IMG/VR virus record: IMGVR_UViG_3300033463_000008
Length of the DNA stretch: 64,000 nucleotides
Reading direction: 5' to 3' (one strand)
Source: a virus
Taxonomy: Duplodnaviria; Caudoviricetes
Positions 1 to 8,693 of this stretch are shown in pieces (position 1 is the stretch's first letter; every line of letters begins with the position of its first letter). A model generated the notes under the pieces. The model was given only the letters and a program-made list of their open reading frames with translations, was not told the origin of the DNA and made no database searches. The position numbers and the translations under genes were made by a program.

Positions 1-5
1 CAAAC

Positions 6-581
6 ATGGTATATGACAAGATGCGACGTGGCATTACCTTCAATACGGACCGTATGAAGGACTTACGCGGAATTCATGACCTGATGCGACGCATAGACTT
101 TGACGATGGCAAGTTTATGGAGCCGTTGCTCAGCAGGTACATTTACACGGTGCAGAACATGCCAAGCAAAAAACATCGTGGGATTCCGGTGATTGGATAT
201 TTTGACCTTGAAGAGTATCTGTCCATCATGCGTGACCCGAGGGTGGCGTTGTTCCATCCGGCTGGGGCGACTAGCGCACTGATGTACATTGAAGTCGCCC
301 AGACACCCGGGAAGGTTGTCTTGAAGGACATTGCCGAAAACGGCTCGTGCATGCTATCGCTGGAAGGCTTCAAGTCGGTGCTTGATGTCAAGAAGGTGAA
401 CTCGTTCCGACCGATTGTCCTGTTGACTATGGCGCCGTTTACTCTCCCGGATACGTCCAACTTCCCGTGGCATAAGGTGACGTACGGAAAATTCAAGGTG
501 TTTTGCACACCGATGATTGGAAAGATGGATTTATGGGAACGGACGCAGGGCGGGGTGAATTTGTTGTCCCCAATGAAATAA
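6..581 (+). CDS. hypothetical protein (may extend upstream of window)
   Basis: 191-aa ORF, phage-like codon usage, no recognised motif. Confidence 0.5.
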   Translation: MVYDKMRRGITFNTDRMKDLRGIHDLMRRIDFDDGKFMEPLLSRYIYTVQNMPSKKHRGIPVIGYFDLEEYLSIMRDPRVALFHPAGATSALMYIEVAQTPGKVVLKDIAENGSCMLSLEGFKSVLDVKKVNSFRPIVLLTMAPFTLPDTSNFPWHKVTYGKFKVFCTPMIGKMDLWERTQGGVNLLSPMK

Positions 582-627
582 GTGTTGATAAGTTGTTGAT
601 AGTGTGGATATTTCAGTTATTTAGTAG

Positions 628-656
628 TTGACAGTTTGGTATCAAGTAGTTAAATT
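628..656 (+). promoter_or_regulatory. sigma70-type promoter for uvsX
   Basis: TTGACA(628-633)-17 nt-TAAATT(651-656), followed by GAGG RBS and ATG 680. Confidence 0.7.
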
Positions 657-679
657 TCAGTTGAAAAAAGAGGTATCTC

Positions 680-2011
680 ATGGCTAAGAAAGTAGCAAAT
701 GTAGCAGCGACGGGTGTACAGGTTGCCCCAAATTTCGGTTTCTTCCGCAAGTTGAAGACCGGGGATAAATACCTGGACCATAACAAGAAACGTCCTGAAT
801 ACGGTTTTATTAACAGCGGTTCCTATGCGTTTAACGCGGCTTTGTCCGGTGACGTATATCAGGGCTTCCACATGAACAAGTTCTTCATGGCGGTGGGTTT
901 CTTCGGAACCGGTAAGTCCTTGATTGCCAAGTTGAACTTTGCCCTCGAACTCATGAAGCAGGGCTATTATATTTTCTGGTATGACACCGAAAATGAAACC
1001 ACCGAAGAAATGCTCATCGAGAACTTCGGGTTCATTCCTGGCCAGTTCGAAATTGTCCGTATGCATACGGTCGAAGAATTCCACCACAGTATGTCCATGA
1101 TCGTCAGCCAGCTTGAAGAAGACAAGGGTGAAAAGTTTGAAAATGAACGTAAGTGCGCCATTGTGCTTGACTCTGCGGGCGGTCTCTTTACGAACAAGGG
1201 TGTGGACGATGCCCAGAAGGGTGCCGATAGCGCTGACATGACCAAGGCTAAGAAGTTGAAGGCCTTCTTCACCGACATGACATTCCGTTGCGGTGAACTC
1301 GGTGTGCCGATGTACATTACCAACCACAAGTATTTGAAGCCGACCAGCTACGGCAACCCGGAAGAAATTGCTGGTGGTGAAGGCGCCAAGTATTTTGCCC
1401 GTGTCATCTTTGACCTTACCGTTGGATTCGAAGTTGTTTCTGCAACTGACAAGACAAAACTCGGCCTTATCCTGAACGTGAACATCAAGAAGAGCTGCTT
1501 TGTCCACGTCGGTACCAAGGTCAAGATGTACCTTGACTGGAAGACCGGACTGAATCCATACTACGGTCTTCATGATATCGCCAAGGCGGCTGGCCTCCTT
1601 GATGCTTATTCTGCCACAAAGTATCCGGATGTCACTCCTCCTGCTGGCCGTATCGGCAATGCCGGTGCATGGGTCATCAAGGATCCGCGCAAGCCGCGTT
1701 CCGAATGGATTACCTGCTTGAACAAGGACCTCCACAAGGCTGAAACCATCGGTACCATCCTTGACCCGATTAACGACTATGTCCATGAAACCTACAAGAA
1801 TAGGTCTCTTGCCGACAAGCTCGGTGAGAACGGCATCGACGAGAGCGTAAGTCTCGAAGTGGACGAGGAAGCAGTCGAACGCAACCTCGAAAGGGTCAAG
1901 AAGGAATCCAAGAAGAAGGCCGCCAGCATGGCGAAGGCCCTCGGCGAAGAGGAAGAGGCACCGGAACCGGAAACTGCCGCCATGGTGGTTTCGGACGAAG
2001 TTGCCGAATAA
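680..2011 (+). CDS. uvsX: UvsX/RecA-like recombinase
   Basis: INSGSYAFNAALSG, Walker A GFFGTGKS, YDTE, IVLDS, YITNH, GGEG motifs typical of T4-like UvsX. Confidence 0.9.
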   Translation: MAKKVANVAATGVQVAPNFGFFRKLKTGDKYLDHNKKRPEYGFINSGSYAFNAALSGDVYQGFHMNKFFMAVGFFGTGKSLIAKLNFALELMKQGYYIFWYDTENETTEEMLIENFGFIPGQFEIVRMHTVEEFHHSMSMIVSQLEEDKGEKFENERKCAIVLDSAGGLFTNKGVDDAQKGADSADMTKAKKLKAFFTDMTFRCGELGVPMYITNHKYLKPTSYGNPEEIAGGEGAKYFARVIFDLTVGFEVVSATDKTKLGLILNVNIKKSCFVHVGTKVKMYLDWKTGLNPYYGLHDIAKAAGLLDAYSATKYPDVTPPAGRIGNAGAWVIKDPRKPRSEWITCLNKDLHKAETIGTILDPINDYVHETYKNRSLADKLGENGIDESVSLEVDEEAVERNLERVKKESKKKAASMAKALGEEEEAPEPETAAMVVSDEVAE

Positions 2012-2031
2012 AAGAACACGTAAGTCGAAAA

Positions 2032-2056
2032 GAGTCGGGGACTTCCCGACTTTTTC
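2032..2056 (+). terminator. intrinsic terminator
   Basis: AGTCGGG-loop-CCCGACT followed by T tract. Confidence 0.7.
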
Positions 2057-2139
2057 GTTTATTTTGCGATTGGTTTGCTATATTTTTGCTATATTTCCGA
2101 ATGTAATGAATTGTGATTTTTATGCGTTGTGATTGACTT

Positions 2140-3801
2140 ATGCCAGAAACCGTGAATGAAAACATGTTACCTCCACCTTTCCAGCCGGTTCAACCGGTAA
2201 TGAATCCAGCACAGCAGGTGGTCGTTCCTACACAGCCAGATGCTCTAGCGGCAGCTCTCCCTCCCGCATGGGACCCGGCCTCAGCTAATGCCAGGGCGGT
2301 CCCTGTAATACAGCTGAGCAGGGAAGACTTAATTCTCAGAACCTTCTTCAATGACAATGTGATTGGCCCTAAGCTTAGGCCGTATCTGAACACTAGCATG
2401 TTCTTGGATCCGGTTAACCAGGCACTTGTCAAAGTAATCAACAAGTTCGACAAGAAACATAAACGCAGTCCTAGCGCCCAGGAACTTATATTGGGCATGG
2501 GCTCGACCGGTTTCTCTGAACAGTTGGTTCAAAAACTCGGATACATCTGCAACACACCGATGGTCGGTGTTCGGCAAGATTACCTTATCGAGATTCTGGA
2601 AGGATATTTCCGTGAACGAATGACGGAGAATATCCTCATAAATGCCGCTGAAAACGTCCATGACAGACATGTTGATGGCATCAACGGTCTCCTCCCCAAG
2701 CTTAAAGAAGCTGTAAACTTCTCCCTCCATACCAACCTTGGTCTCAACGTTTATTCCGACATCGGGACGGCACTGGCACTGTTGAAGGAACGCAAGGAAT
2801 GTATTCCTTCCGCAATCAACGAAATTCGCGCCAAGACCGGCATCATTCAAGCCGATGGTACCATCAGGTGTGGCGGTTATTATCGCAAGACACTTACCCT
2901 ATATGTTGGCCAGCCGAACGTCGGTAAGAGTCTTATCCTTGGCAATGAAGGTGTATTTGCGTATTCTTGTGGGTATAACGTTCTCTACATTTCCCTCGAA
3001 CTTGCCGAAGACTATCTATGGCAGCGATTGGCCGCTAACCTATGCGATGTGACCATGCCGGAAATCCTGCAGATGACCGAGGAAGAATGCCGGGCGAAGA
3101 TTGATGCGAAGCTTCGCGCAAACCAGGGCGATGGCGTTCATGGCAACCTGCAAGTGAAGCGCTTGAAGACGACGACTACGCCTGCCGATATCGAAATGTA
3201 CGTTGATCAGTTCGAAGCTACCTATGGCAAGCTTGATCTTCTGGTGATTGACTACATCGGCATCATGAAGCCAGGTCTTTCTGCAGCCGAACAGCGTAGC
3301 ATGTATCTTGACGGTGTTGCCAAGGCGGAACAGATACGAGATTTTCTCATTGAACGCAATATCGCCGGTATTTCCGCAGTGCAGTTCAACCGATTGGGAT
3401 ATAATTCACTCGATGCGGGTATCGAAGCTGTGCAGGGTTCTTCTGGCTATACGGAAACGGCTGACGTGATGATTTCAATCAAGTCCGACTCCGTGTTGCG
3501 TGAATGCGGCATGTTCTACCATGAGTTCTTGAAGAACCGTTTTGGTAGAAATTCCGACATTTTCCAAACCCGTTGCGACTTCATGCGGATGAAGTGGTTT
3601 GATGCGACGCAAGAAGAACTCACCCATTATCAGGAACTTCGTACTGAATCGGATGCGGTCATGGCCAACCAGATGATGTCACGCGGTCCGCGCCCTCCAA
3701 AACGCGGAGCTGCGCCTCCACCGCCACCAAAGGCACAGCAGTCCGCCCCGCAGGAGCAGTTGCCTTCAAGGCCGGGTGAACGGGTTGCCAGTATGATTTA
3801 G
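2140..3801 (+). CDS. gp41-like replicative DnaB-family helicase
   Basis: Walker A GQPNVGKS, VLYISLE, LVIDY, SAVQFNR, KNRFG; P/Q-rich termini. Confidence 0.9.
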   Translation: MPETVNENMLPPPFQPVQPVMNPAQQVVVPTQPDALAAALPPAWDPASANARAVPVIQLSREDLILRTFFNDNVIGPKLRPYLNTSMFLDPVNQALVKVINKFDKKHKRSPSAQELILGMGSTGFSEQLVQKLGYICNTPMVGVRQDYLIEILEGYFRERMTENILINAAENVHDRHVDGINGLLPKLKEAVNFSLHTNLGLNVYSDIGTALALLKERKECIPSAINEIRAKTGIIQADGTIRCGGYYRKTLTLYVGQPNVGKSLILGNEGVFAYSCGYNVLYISLELAEDYLWQRLAANLCDVTMPEILQMTEEECRAKIDAKLRANQGDGVHGNLQVKRLKTTTTPADIEMYVDQFEATYGKLDLLVIDYIGIMKPGLSAAEQRSMYLDGVAKAEQIRDFLIERNIAGISAVQFNRLGYNSLDAGIEAVQGSSGYTETADVMISIKSDSVLRECGMFYHEFLKNRFGRNSDIFQTRCDFMRMKWFDATQEELTHYQELRTESDAVMANQMMSRGPRPPKRGAAPPPPPKAQQSAPQEQLPSRPGERVASMI

Positions 3802-3810
3802 TTTTCCGGT

Positions 3811-4569
3811 ATGAAGATTGCCGGAATAGACCCATCAATGAATTCGTCGGGCAAGGTCATAATGGACCTTGACGACGCTACGCTTGACATCAAATCAGTC
3901 GATTATTATGGATACAGCTCCAAGTTGTGCTATCTTCATGACGAGGAGCATGTTCATATCTACGCCCTCGGTACAGATTACACAAAGCTCCCGATGATGG
4001 CCAGGATGGAACGCGCCTATACCTTGCTCAACAAGGATATGGAGGACGTGAAGTACATTTCCTTCGAGGACTATGCCTATGAAGAAGCCGAACGGCAGGG
4101 AAGCAACGCGATTTTCCAGATTGGCGAGTTCTGCGGAGGTGTCCGATACCATTTCTTCATGCAGGGCAAGGGCATCATTACTTACGGCATTCCGCAGATT
4201 AAGCATTTTGCCACCGGTAACGGCGGTGCGAAAAAGCCGGCAATGTGCCAGGCGGTGAAGGAAATCTATCCACAGTTCTACTATCCATACTTTGATACAT
4301 TGGCGCAGTTCGAGAGTCCACATTCCGACTTCTGTGATGCGTTCTGGATGTGCGAAATCTTGCGAAATCATATCAAGTTTGACGTACTTGGACCTGAGTC
4401 ATTGGAACCGGATACCCTCGCGCTCATGCGCTATACCTCCAAGCCGTTGTCCGGAAAGAAAAAGAAGACCAGGTGCCTTCTTGATTACGACCTGGCGCTC
4501 CGTTCGGACATGATGTTTGACCAGGAGGCCGCTGCAAAACGCCGAAAGCCAAAAAGGACCGCTAAATAG
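3811..4569 (+). CDS. RuvC-like Holliday junction resolvase
   Basis: IAGIDPS, FEDYA, IKHFATGNG.AKK, SDFCDAF catalytic motifs. Confidence 0.8.
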   Translation: MKIAGIDPSMNSSGKVIMDLDDATLDIKSVDYYGYSSKLCYLHDEEHVHIYALGTDYTKLPMMARMERAYTLLNKDMEDVKYISFEDYAYEEAERQGSNAIFQIGEFCGGVRYHFFMQGKGIITYGIPQIKHFATGNGGAKKPAMCQAVKEIYPQFYYPYFDTLAQFESPHSDFCDAFWMCEILRNHIKFDVLGPESLEPDTLALMRYTSKPLSGKKKKTRCLLDYDLALRSDMMFDQEAAAKRRKPKRTAK

Positions 4570-4614
4570 TGCTCAAATGGAGTAGTTTCTCGTAGGTAAT
4601 AAATAGGAAACATT

Positions 4615-5121
4615 ATGCTCCATCTGAACACTGATTCTAATGACCCGTCTAGCGCGGTAAACTTGAGCAAGGAAGCTGAAACCGAGCTTCTTGTCAGTGA
4701 AATCAACAAATTTTTAAGCTCCCCGCCGAGATATGATGGCGACATGGCCATTGTCCTTACAATGCCGGAATCGTACCTCAAGAAAGGCAGGGCAAAGCTG
4801 AACGAAGCAATCCATGTCGTTTATGACCGGTACAAGGAATATGGCGTCACCATGCTCACAATCCTGTGCGCGATTGAGAGCGTGGTCGAGTCTACAAAGC
4901 TTGGCCCGCTTGTAGATAACGACATCAAGCTCATGATTGCCGCTGAACAGGGGATTGAGATTTCTGTCGAGGAGCTTGAGCGGGTCAATGAACAGGTGAA
5001 GAAGGGCGAGCTGAATTTTGACATTCCTAGACCCCAGCCGCAGATTGATCCCGATGATGACGAGGATGCAAAATTTAACGCCATGATGGACATGGTGGCG
5101 GAGGATGACGAGGATGAGTAA
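4615..5121 (+). CDS. hypothetical protein (possibly gp33-like late-transcription co-activator)
   Basis: ORF with acidic tail upstream of gp32; weak resemblance of the central helical segment to gp33. Confidence 0.4.
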   Translation: MLHLNTDSNDPSSAVNLSKEAETELLVSEINKFLSSPPRYDGDMAIVLTMPESYLKKGRAKLNEAIHVVYDRYKEYGVTMLTILCAIESVVESTKLGPLVDNDIKLMIAAEQGIEISVEELERVNEQVKKGELNFDIPRPQPQIDPDDDEDAKFNAMMDMVAEDDEDE

Positions 5122-5737
5122 GTATCACTTTCCAGGACATGGCGCCGTAGTGAAGGAAATCCAGGAAACCCTGGAACGCGAGGCTGAAGAACGCAACAAG
5201 GAAATCAAGAGTACCAGCTTGATGCTCCTTAATGCACAGGATGGCGTGTACGGCAGCCATCAGAACCTCCCGACGGTTTATAGAGAAAAGTGGCTCGCAA
5301 AGTTGCGCGAGGAACGTGACAACCCGATGCTCGGCAAGAGCTACATCGCCCGTGCGCCCGAGTACGAGACTGATGCCGATGTTGTCACCGAGGCGCATGA
5401 GCTTACCGACCAGGAAACCAAGGATATGTTTGTTACCGATGAAAACGGCAATAAGTACATCCCGGAAACCTATAATCCGAATGTGGACGATTCCCAGACA
5501 TCCGACTTGGATGACGAGGCTAAGAAGGTTATCGACTTGGCCATTATCCAGAATGTCGCGGCCAAGTGCATTGGCTGGGAATTCGAGGATGTCATGAAGG
5601 AATGCGCCATGGCGTTCGAGGAGGAATACGGTGAAGACTTTGTCCTCCCGGATAACATGGAAGAAATCGTTACTGCTGCGGTCAATGATGCCGAGGTAAA
5701 CGCCAGGATTGCGTATCAGAAGCCGGAAGCAAAGTAA
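5105..5737 (+). CDS. hypothetical acidic protein (start probably ATG 5114)
   Basis: ORF overlapping previous stop, followed by a terminator. Confidence 0.6.
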   Translation: MTRMSKYHFPGHGAVVKEIQETLEREAEERNKEIKSTSLMLLNAQDGVYGSHQNLPTVYREKWLAKLREERDNPMLGKSYIARAPEYETDADVVTEAHELTDQETKDMFVTDENGNKYIPETYNPNVDDSQTSDLDDEAKKVIDLAIIQNVAAKCIGWEFEDVMKECAMAFEEEYGEDFVLPDNMEEIVTAAVNDAEVNARIAYQKPEAK

Positions 5738-5766
5738 AAATATATTTACATGCGAAAAATTTCATC

Positions 5767-5794
5767 AGGCGGTCTACAAACCGCCTTTCTTTTT
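5767..5794 (+). terminator. intrinsic terminator
   Basis: AGGCGGT-loop-ACCGCCT + T tract. Confidence 0.65.
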
Positions 5795-5831
5795 GCTACA
5801 TTTTATGATGGGTGCGAAAAGTGCTCCTACT

Positions 5832-5839
5832 TATAAACT
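5832..5839 (+). promoter_or_regulatory. putative late promoter TATAAACT (recurrent phage motif)
   Basis: Same motif at ~11978, 15503, 19673, 25952, 35911, 49830 (+) and 35830, 43120, 45050, 53412 (-), usually just upstream of a gene; resembles T4 late promoter TATAAATA. Confidence 0.7.
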
Positions 5840-5906
5840 GTGGATAGAAGATATTAGCAGATACTAGCAGCAATTTAGCATCAAGAACTAGAAATAAGGA
5901 TAACTT

Positions 5907-7469
5907 ATGGATCAAAATATTCCTCAGCAGAATCAATTCGGCATTGGCGGGCAGCAGCAGTTTGCTCAGCCTCAGTTCACTCAGCCAGGTGCCGCTCCTC
6001 AGTTTAATTCCATGTTCGCAGGCATGGGTGGCGTTCCGGAAACTCCGGCAGGACAAGGCGCTCCCGCAGACCCGAACGAATGGCAACTCCAGTGCGACGC
6101 ACAGCACGAAAGCGTTGAAGCCATCATCCGCATCCTCCCGAGAGGGCTTGCAGGTGTCCAGAACAATCTTTGGCCTCACGTCAATTGCAAAAAGCATTAT
6201 CTTAAGAAGCGCGATGGTCAGCGTTGGGGCGAAGGCCCGATCATCTGTCGCGGAAACATTCCCGACCCGAACGCAAAGTATGGCAAGGCTTATTGCCCGC
6301 TCTGCAAGGAAACGTGGGACCGTTACTACAAAATCAAGAACACTTATGGTGAACAGGCAGCCAAGGATTCCGGTATTTCCGGCAACCTCTCCGTTGATGA
6401 CATCTATGTGAACGTTCTCGTTATCAATGACTTCGTTCACCCGGAAAACAACGGCCAGATTAAGATTTGGCACGCCAAGACAAAGCAGTGGGACAAGGTC
6501 ATGGCTGCATTGCCGGAACGCAATGTCAACAAGAATGGCCAGGCCAAGCAGCAGTACACCAGTACGGTTAAGTATGTCGGTGTCCCTTGGAATGTCCTCA
6601 CCGGTGCAGTGTTCCACTTGAAGGGCACGTGGGACACCACCAAGGCATGGGGTACTCATAAGGGTGCTGCCGTGTGGGAGGCTTCCGAATTCGATCCGAT
6701 GCCAACTCCGCTTGCCAACAATGATGAAGGCATCATGCAGTACCTCAACCAGTGCCATGACCTTTCCAAGTACGAACTTCAGCCGAAGTCTTCCGAAGAA
6801 TTGGAAGGTATTACCCGCAGCTTCTATGCTGCCTACGATGGCGCTCCTGCACAGGCCGTGGACAACAATAACAACATTGCAGCTAACGGCTATCCGGCTT
6901 ATCAACAGCCTGCCCCGTTTGGTCAGCAGTTTGCTCAGCCGGCCCAGGGTGGCACTATGCCGGCTGCTACGCCGAGTGCCTATGTTCCGCCTCAGCCGAA
7001 GACTACTGTCGGTAATGCCGGTGCATTCTTCAATAACCCGTCTGCACCGAACTATGCACAGCCTCAGCCTCAGCAGAGCGCATACGTGAATCCGGCAGCA
7101 GCTCCTGCACAGCCGAGCGCATTTGCGGCACCGGGTGTAGCACCTGTTCAGCAGAGTGCATTTGCAGCTCCTCAGGCAACACCGCAGTTTGCAGCTCCGA
7201 CACCGCAGTTTGCGGCTCCGGCAGCAGCACCTGTTCAGCAGAGTGCATTTGCAGCCCCGGCAGCAGCTCCGCAGGCCAACTTTGGTGCTCCGACTCCGCA
7301 GGCAGCCCCGCAGTTTGGTGTTCCGGGCGCAGCTCCGGCTCAGCCGGCGGCATATACCCCGCCTGCAGCTCCTGCACCGCAGCCGACTCCATTCGGTAAC
7401 GCTCCGGTTGGTGGTGCACCTGCGGCCACGACCATCCAGGTTGATGACGACGCGGATTTACCTTTCTAG
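5907..7469 (+). CDS. gp32-like single-stranded DNA-binding protein with long low-complexity tail
   Basis: AIIRILP, Zn motif H..C..CPLC, YVNVLVINDFVHPENNGQIKIW typical of gp32; C-terminus DDDADLPF. Confidence 0.85.
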   Translation: MDQNIPQQNQFGIGGQQQFAQPQFTQPGAAPQFNSMFAGMGGVPETPAGQGAPADPNEWQLQCDAQHESVEAIIRILPRGLAGVQNNLWPHVNCKKHYLKKRDGQRWGEGPIICRGNIPDPNAKYGKAYCPLCKETWDRYYKIKNTYGEQAAKDSGISGNLSVDDIYVNVLVINDFVHPENNGQIKIWHAKTKQWDKVMAALPERNVNKNGQAKQQYTSTVKYVGVPWNVLTGAVFHLKGTWDTTKAWGTHKGAAVWEASEFDPMPTPLANNDEGIMQYLNQCHDLSKYELQPKSSEELEGITRSFYAAYDGAPAQAVDNNNNIAANGYPAYQQPAPFGQQFAQPAQGGTMPAATPSAYVPPQPKTTVGNAGAFFNNPSAPNYAQPQPQQSAYVNPAAAPAQPSAFAAPGVAPVQQSAFAAPQATPQFAAPTPQFAAPAAAPVQQSAFAAPAAAPQANFGAPTPQAAPQFGVPGAAPAQPAAYTPPAAPAPQPTPFGNAPVGGAPAATTIQVDDDADLPF

Positions 7470-7484
7470 CAATTGTCTAGTTCG

Positions 7485-7515
7485 AAACGGCATCGTCATT
7501 GACGGTGCCGTTTTT
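7485..7515 (+). terminator. intrinsic terminator
   Basis: AACGGCATCGTC-loop-GACGGTGCCGTT + T tract. Confidence 0.75.
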
Positions 7516-7532
7516 CATTGAGTGTTTATTTA

Positions 7533-8693
7533 ATGGCTGTTGATTATTCAGAAATACCCGCTGCGGTGTATGATCAGTTCATTCATGAACTTTACGGGAC
7601 CCAGAACCTGAAAGAACGTTCTGACCATTATGAGTTCGTGTGTCCGAACTGTGGTGACATGCGTTTTCCAAACAAGCGGAAGGCCTGGATTTATAAGGAC
7701 ACGTGGAAGTATATCTGCTTCAAGTGTCCCTGTTCTATGCCGTTTGCCTATTATTTGAAGCAGACTGACCGCGAAGCTTACAAAAGGCTAATATATGCCG
7801 CATTTGGTGAAATGGGGCATGAAGGTACGCGAAAGGAGAAGCCGAAAGAAGACCGAGTGGAACTTTCTCCGGAATTGCCGTTCGTGGATGGCGAGCTCCT
7901 TCCCATTACGGCAAATCACCCGCTGGCACAGGCAGGCCTGGCTGAATGCAAGAAAAGAAAGATTCGCCCCGAAGTATTCGAGAAGTGGTACGTTTGCCAG
8001 GAAGGGAACCAGTTTCTCCATAGGGACGAAAACGGAAACCTGATTATAAACCCGAATACCGGAAGACCGGTCGGTAACGAGTATAAGAACCGTATCATTA
8101 TACCGTTTTACCATTTTGGTGGCAAATGGACACAGTTTGATGCCCGCGCCATTGATCCGAACAACCCTACCCGATATTTGAACTGGAAGGGCGTACACCG
8201 CGAGGCTTACAATATTGACTTTATCCGGTTTGACCGTCCGTTCTACATTCTGGAAGGGTCGATTGACTCCACTTTCATTCCGAATGCAATCGGTATCGGT
8301 GGTGTCGAACACATGCAGGAAATTCTGATGGACAACCCTAAGATTGCCCAGAACAAGGAAAACTGCGTGTTCATATGGGACAATGACGAGGCTGGCCGCA
8401 AGGGTCGAACCGCATCATGCCATTTAGGGTATAAGTGGTTTGACTGGGAAGGTATCAATGAAAAGGATGTCAACGCCGAAGTGCTACACGGTACCAACAT
8501 GCCGCTTGATTCGGATGGGTATGTCCGGCAGGAATATATAGATGCGCGTACCCGTCAGCCAGGTGGCTCCGACATATTGTTCATGCTGAAATATGGAAAT
8601 GTCGCCAAGGAAAAGTACAAAAAGGACATGCAGCGCCGTAAGGAAGCCAATGCCAGACGGCAGCTTGCCGTAACACCGGAGGTTTACTTCTAA
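7533..8693 (+). CDS. gp61-like DNA primase
   Basis: Zn finger CPNCGD...CFKC, RIIIPF, TOPRIM YILEGSIDS and WDND. Confidence 0.9.
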   Translation: MAVDYSEIPAAVYDQFIHELYGTQNLKERSDHYEFVCPNCGDMRFPNKRKAWIYKDTWKYICFKCPCSMPFAYYLKQTDREAYKRLIYAAFGEMGHEGTRKEKPKEDRVELSPELPFVDGELLPITANHPLAQAGLAECKKRKIRPEVFEKWYVCQEGNQFLHRDENGNLIINPNTGRPVGNEYKNRIIIPFYHFGGKWTQFDARAIDPNNPTRYLNWKGVHREAYNIDFIRFDRPFYILEGSIDSTFIPNAIGIGGVEHMQEILMDNPKIAQNKENCVFIWDNDEAGRKGRTASCHLGYKWFDWEGINEKDVNAEVLHGTNMPLDSDGYVRQEYIDARTRQPGGSDILFMLKYGNVAKEKYKKDMQRRKEANARRQLAVTPEVYF

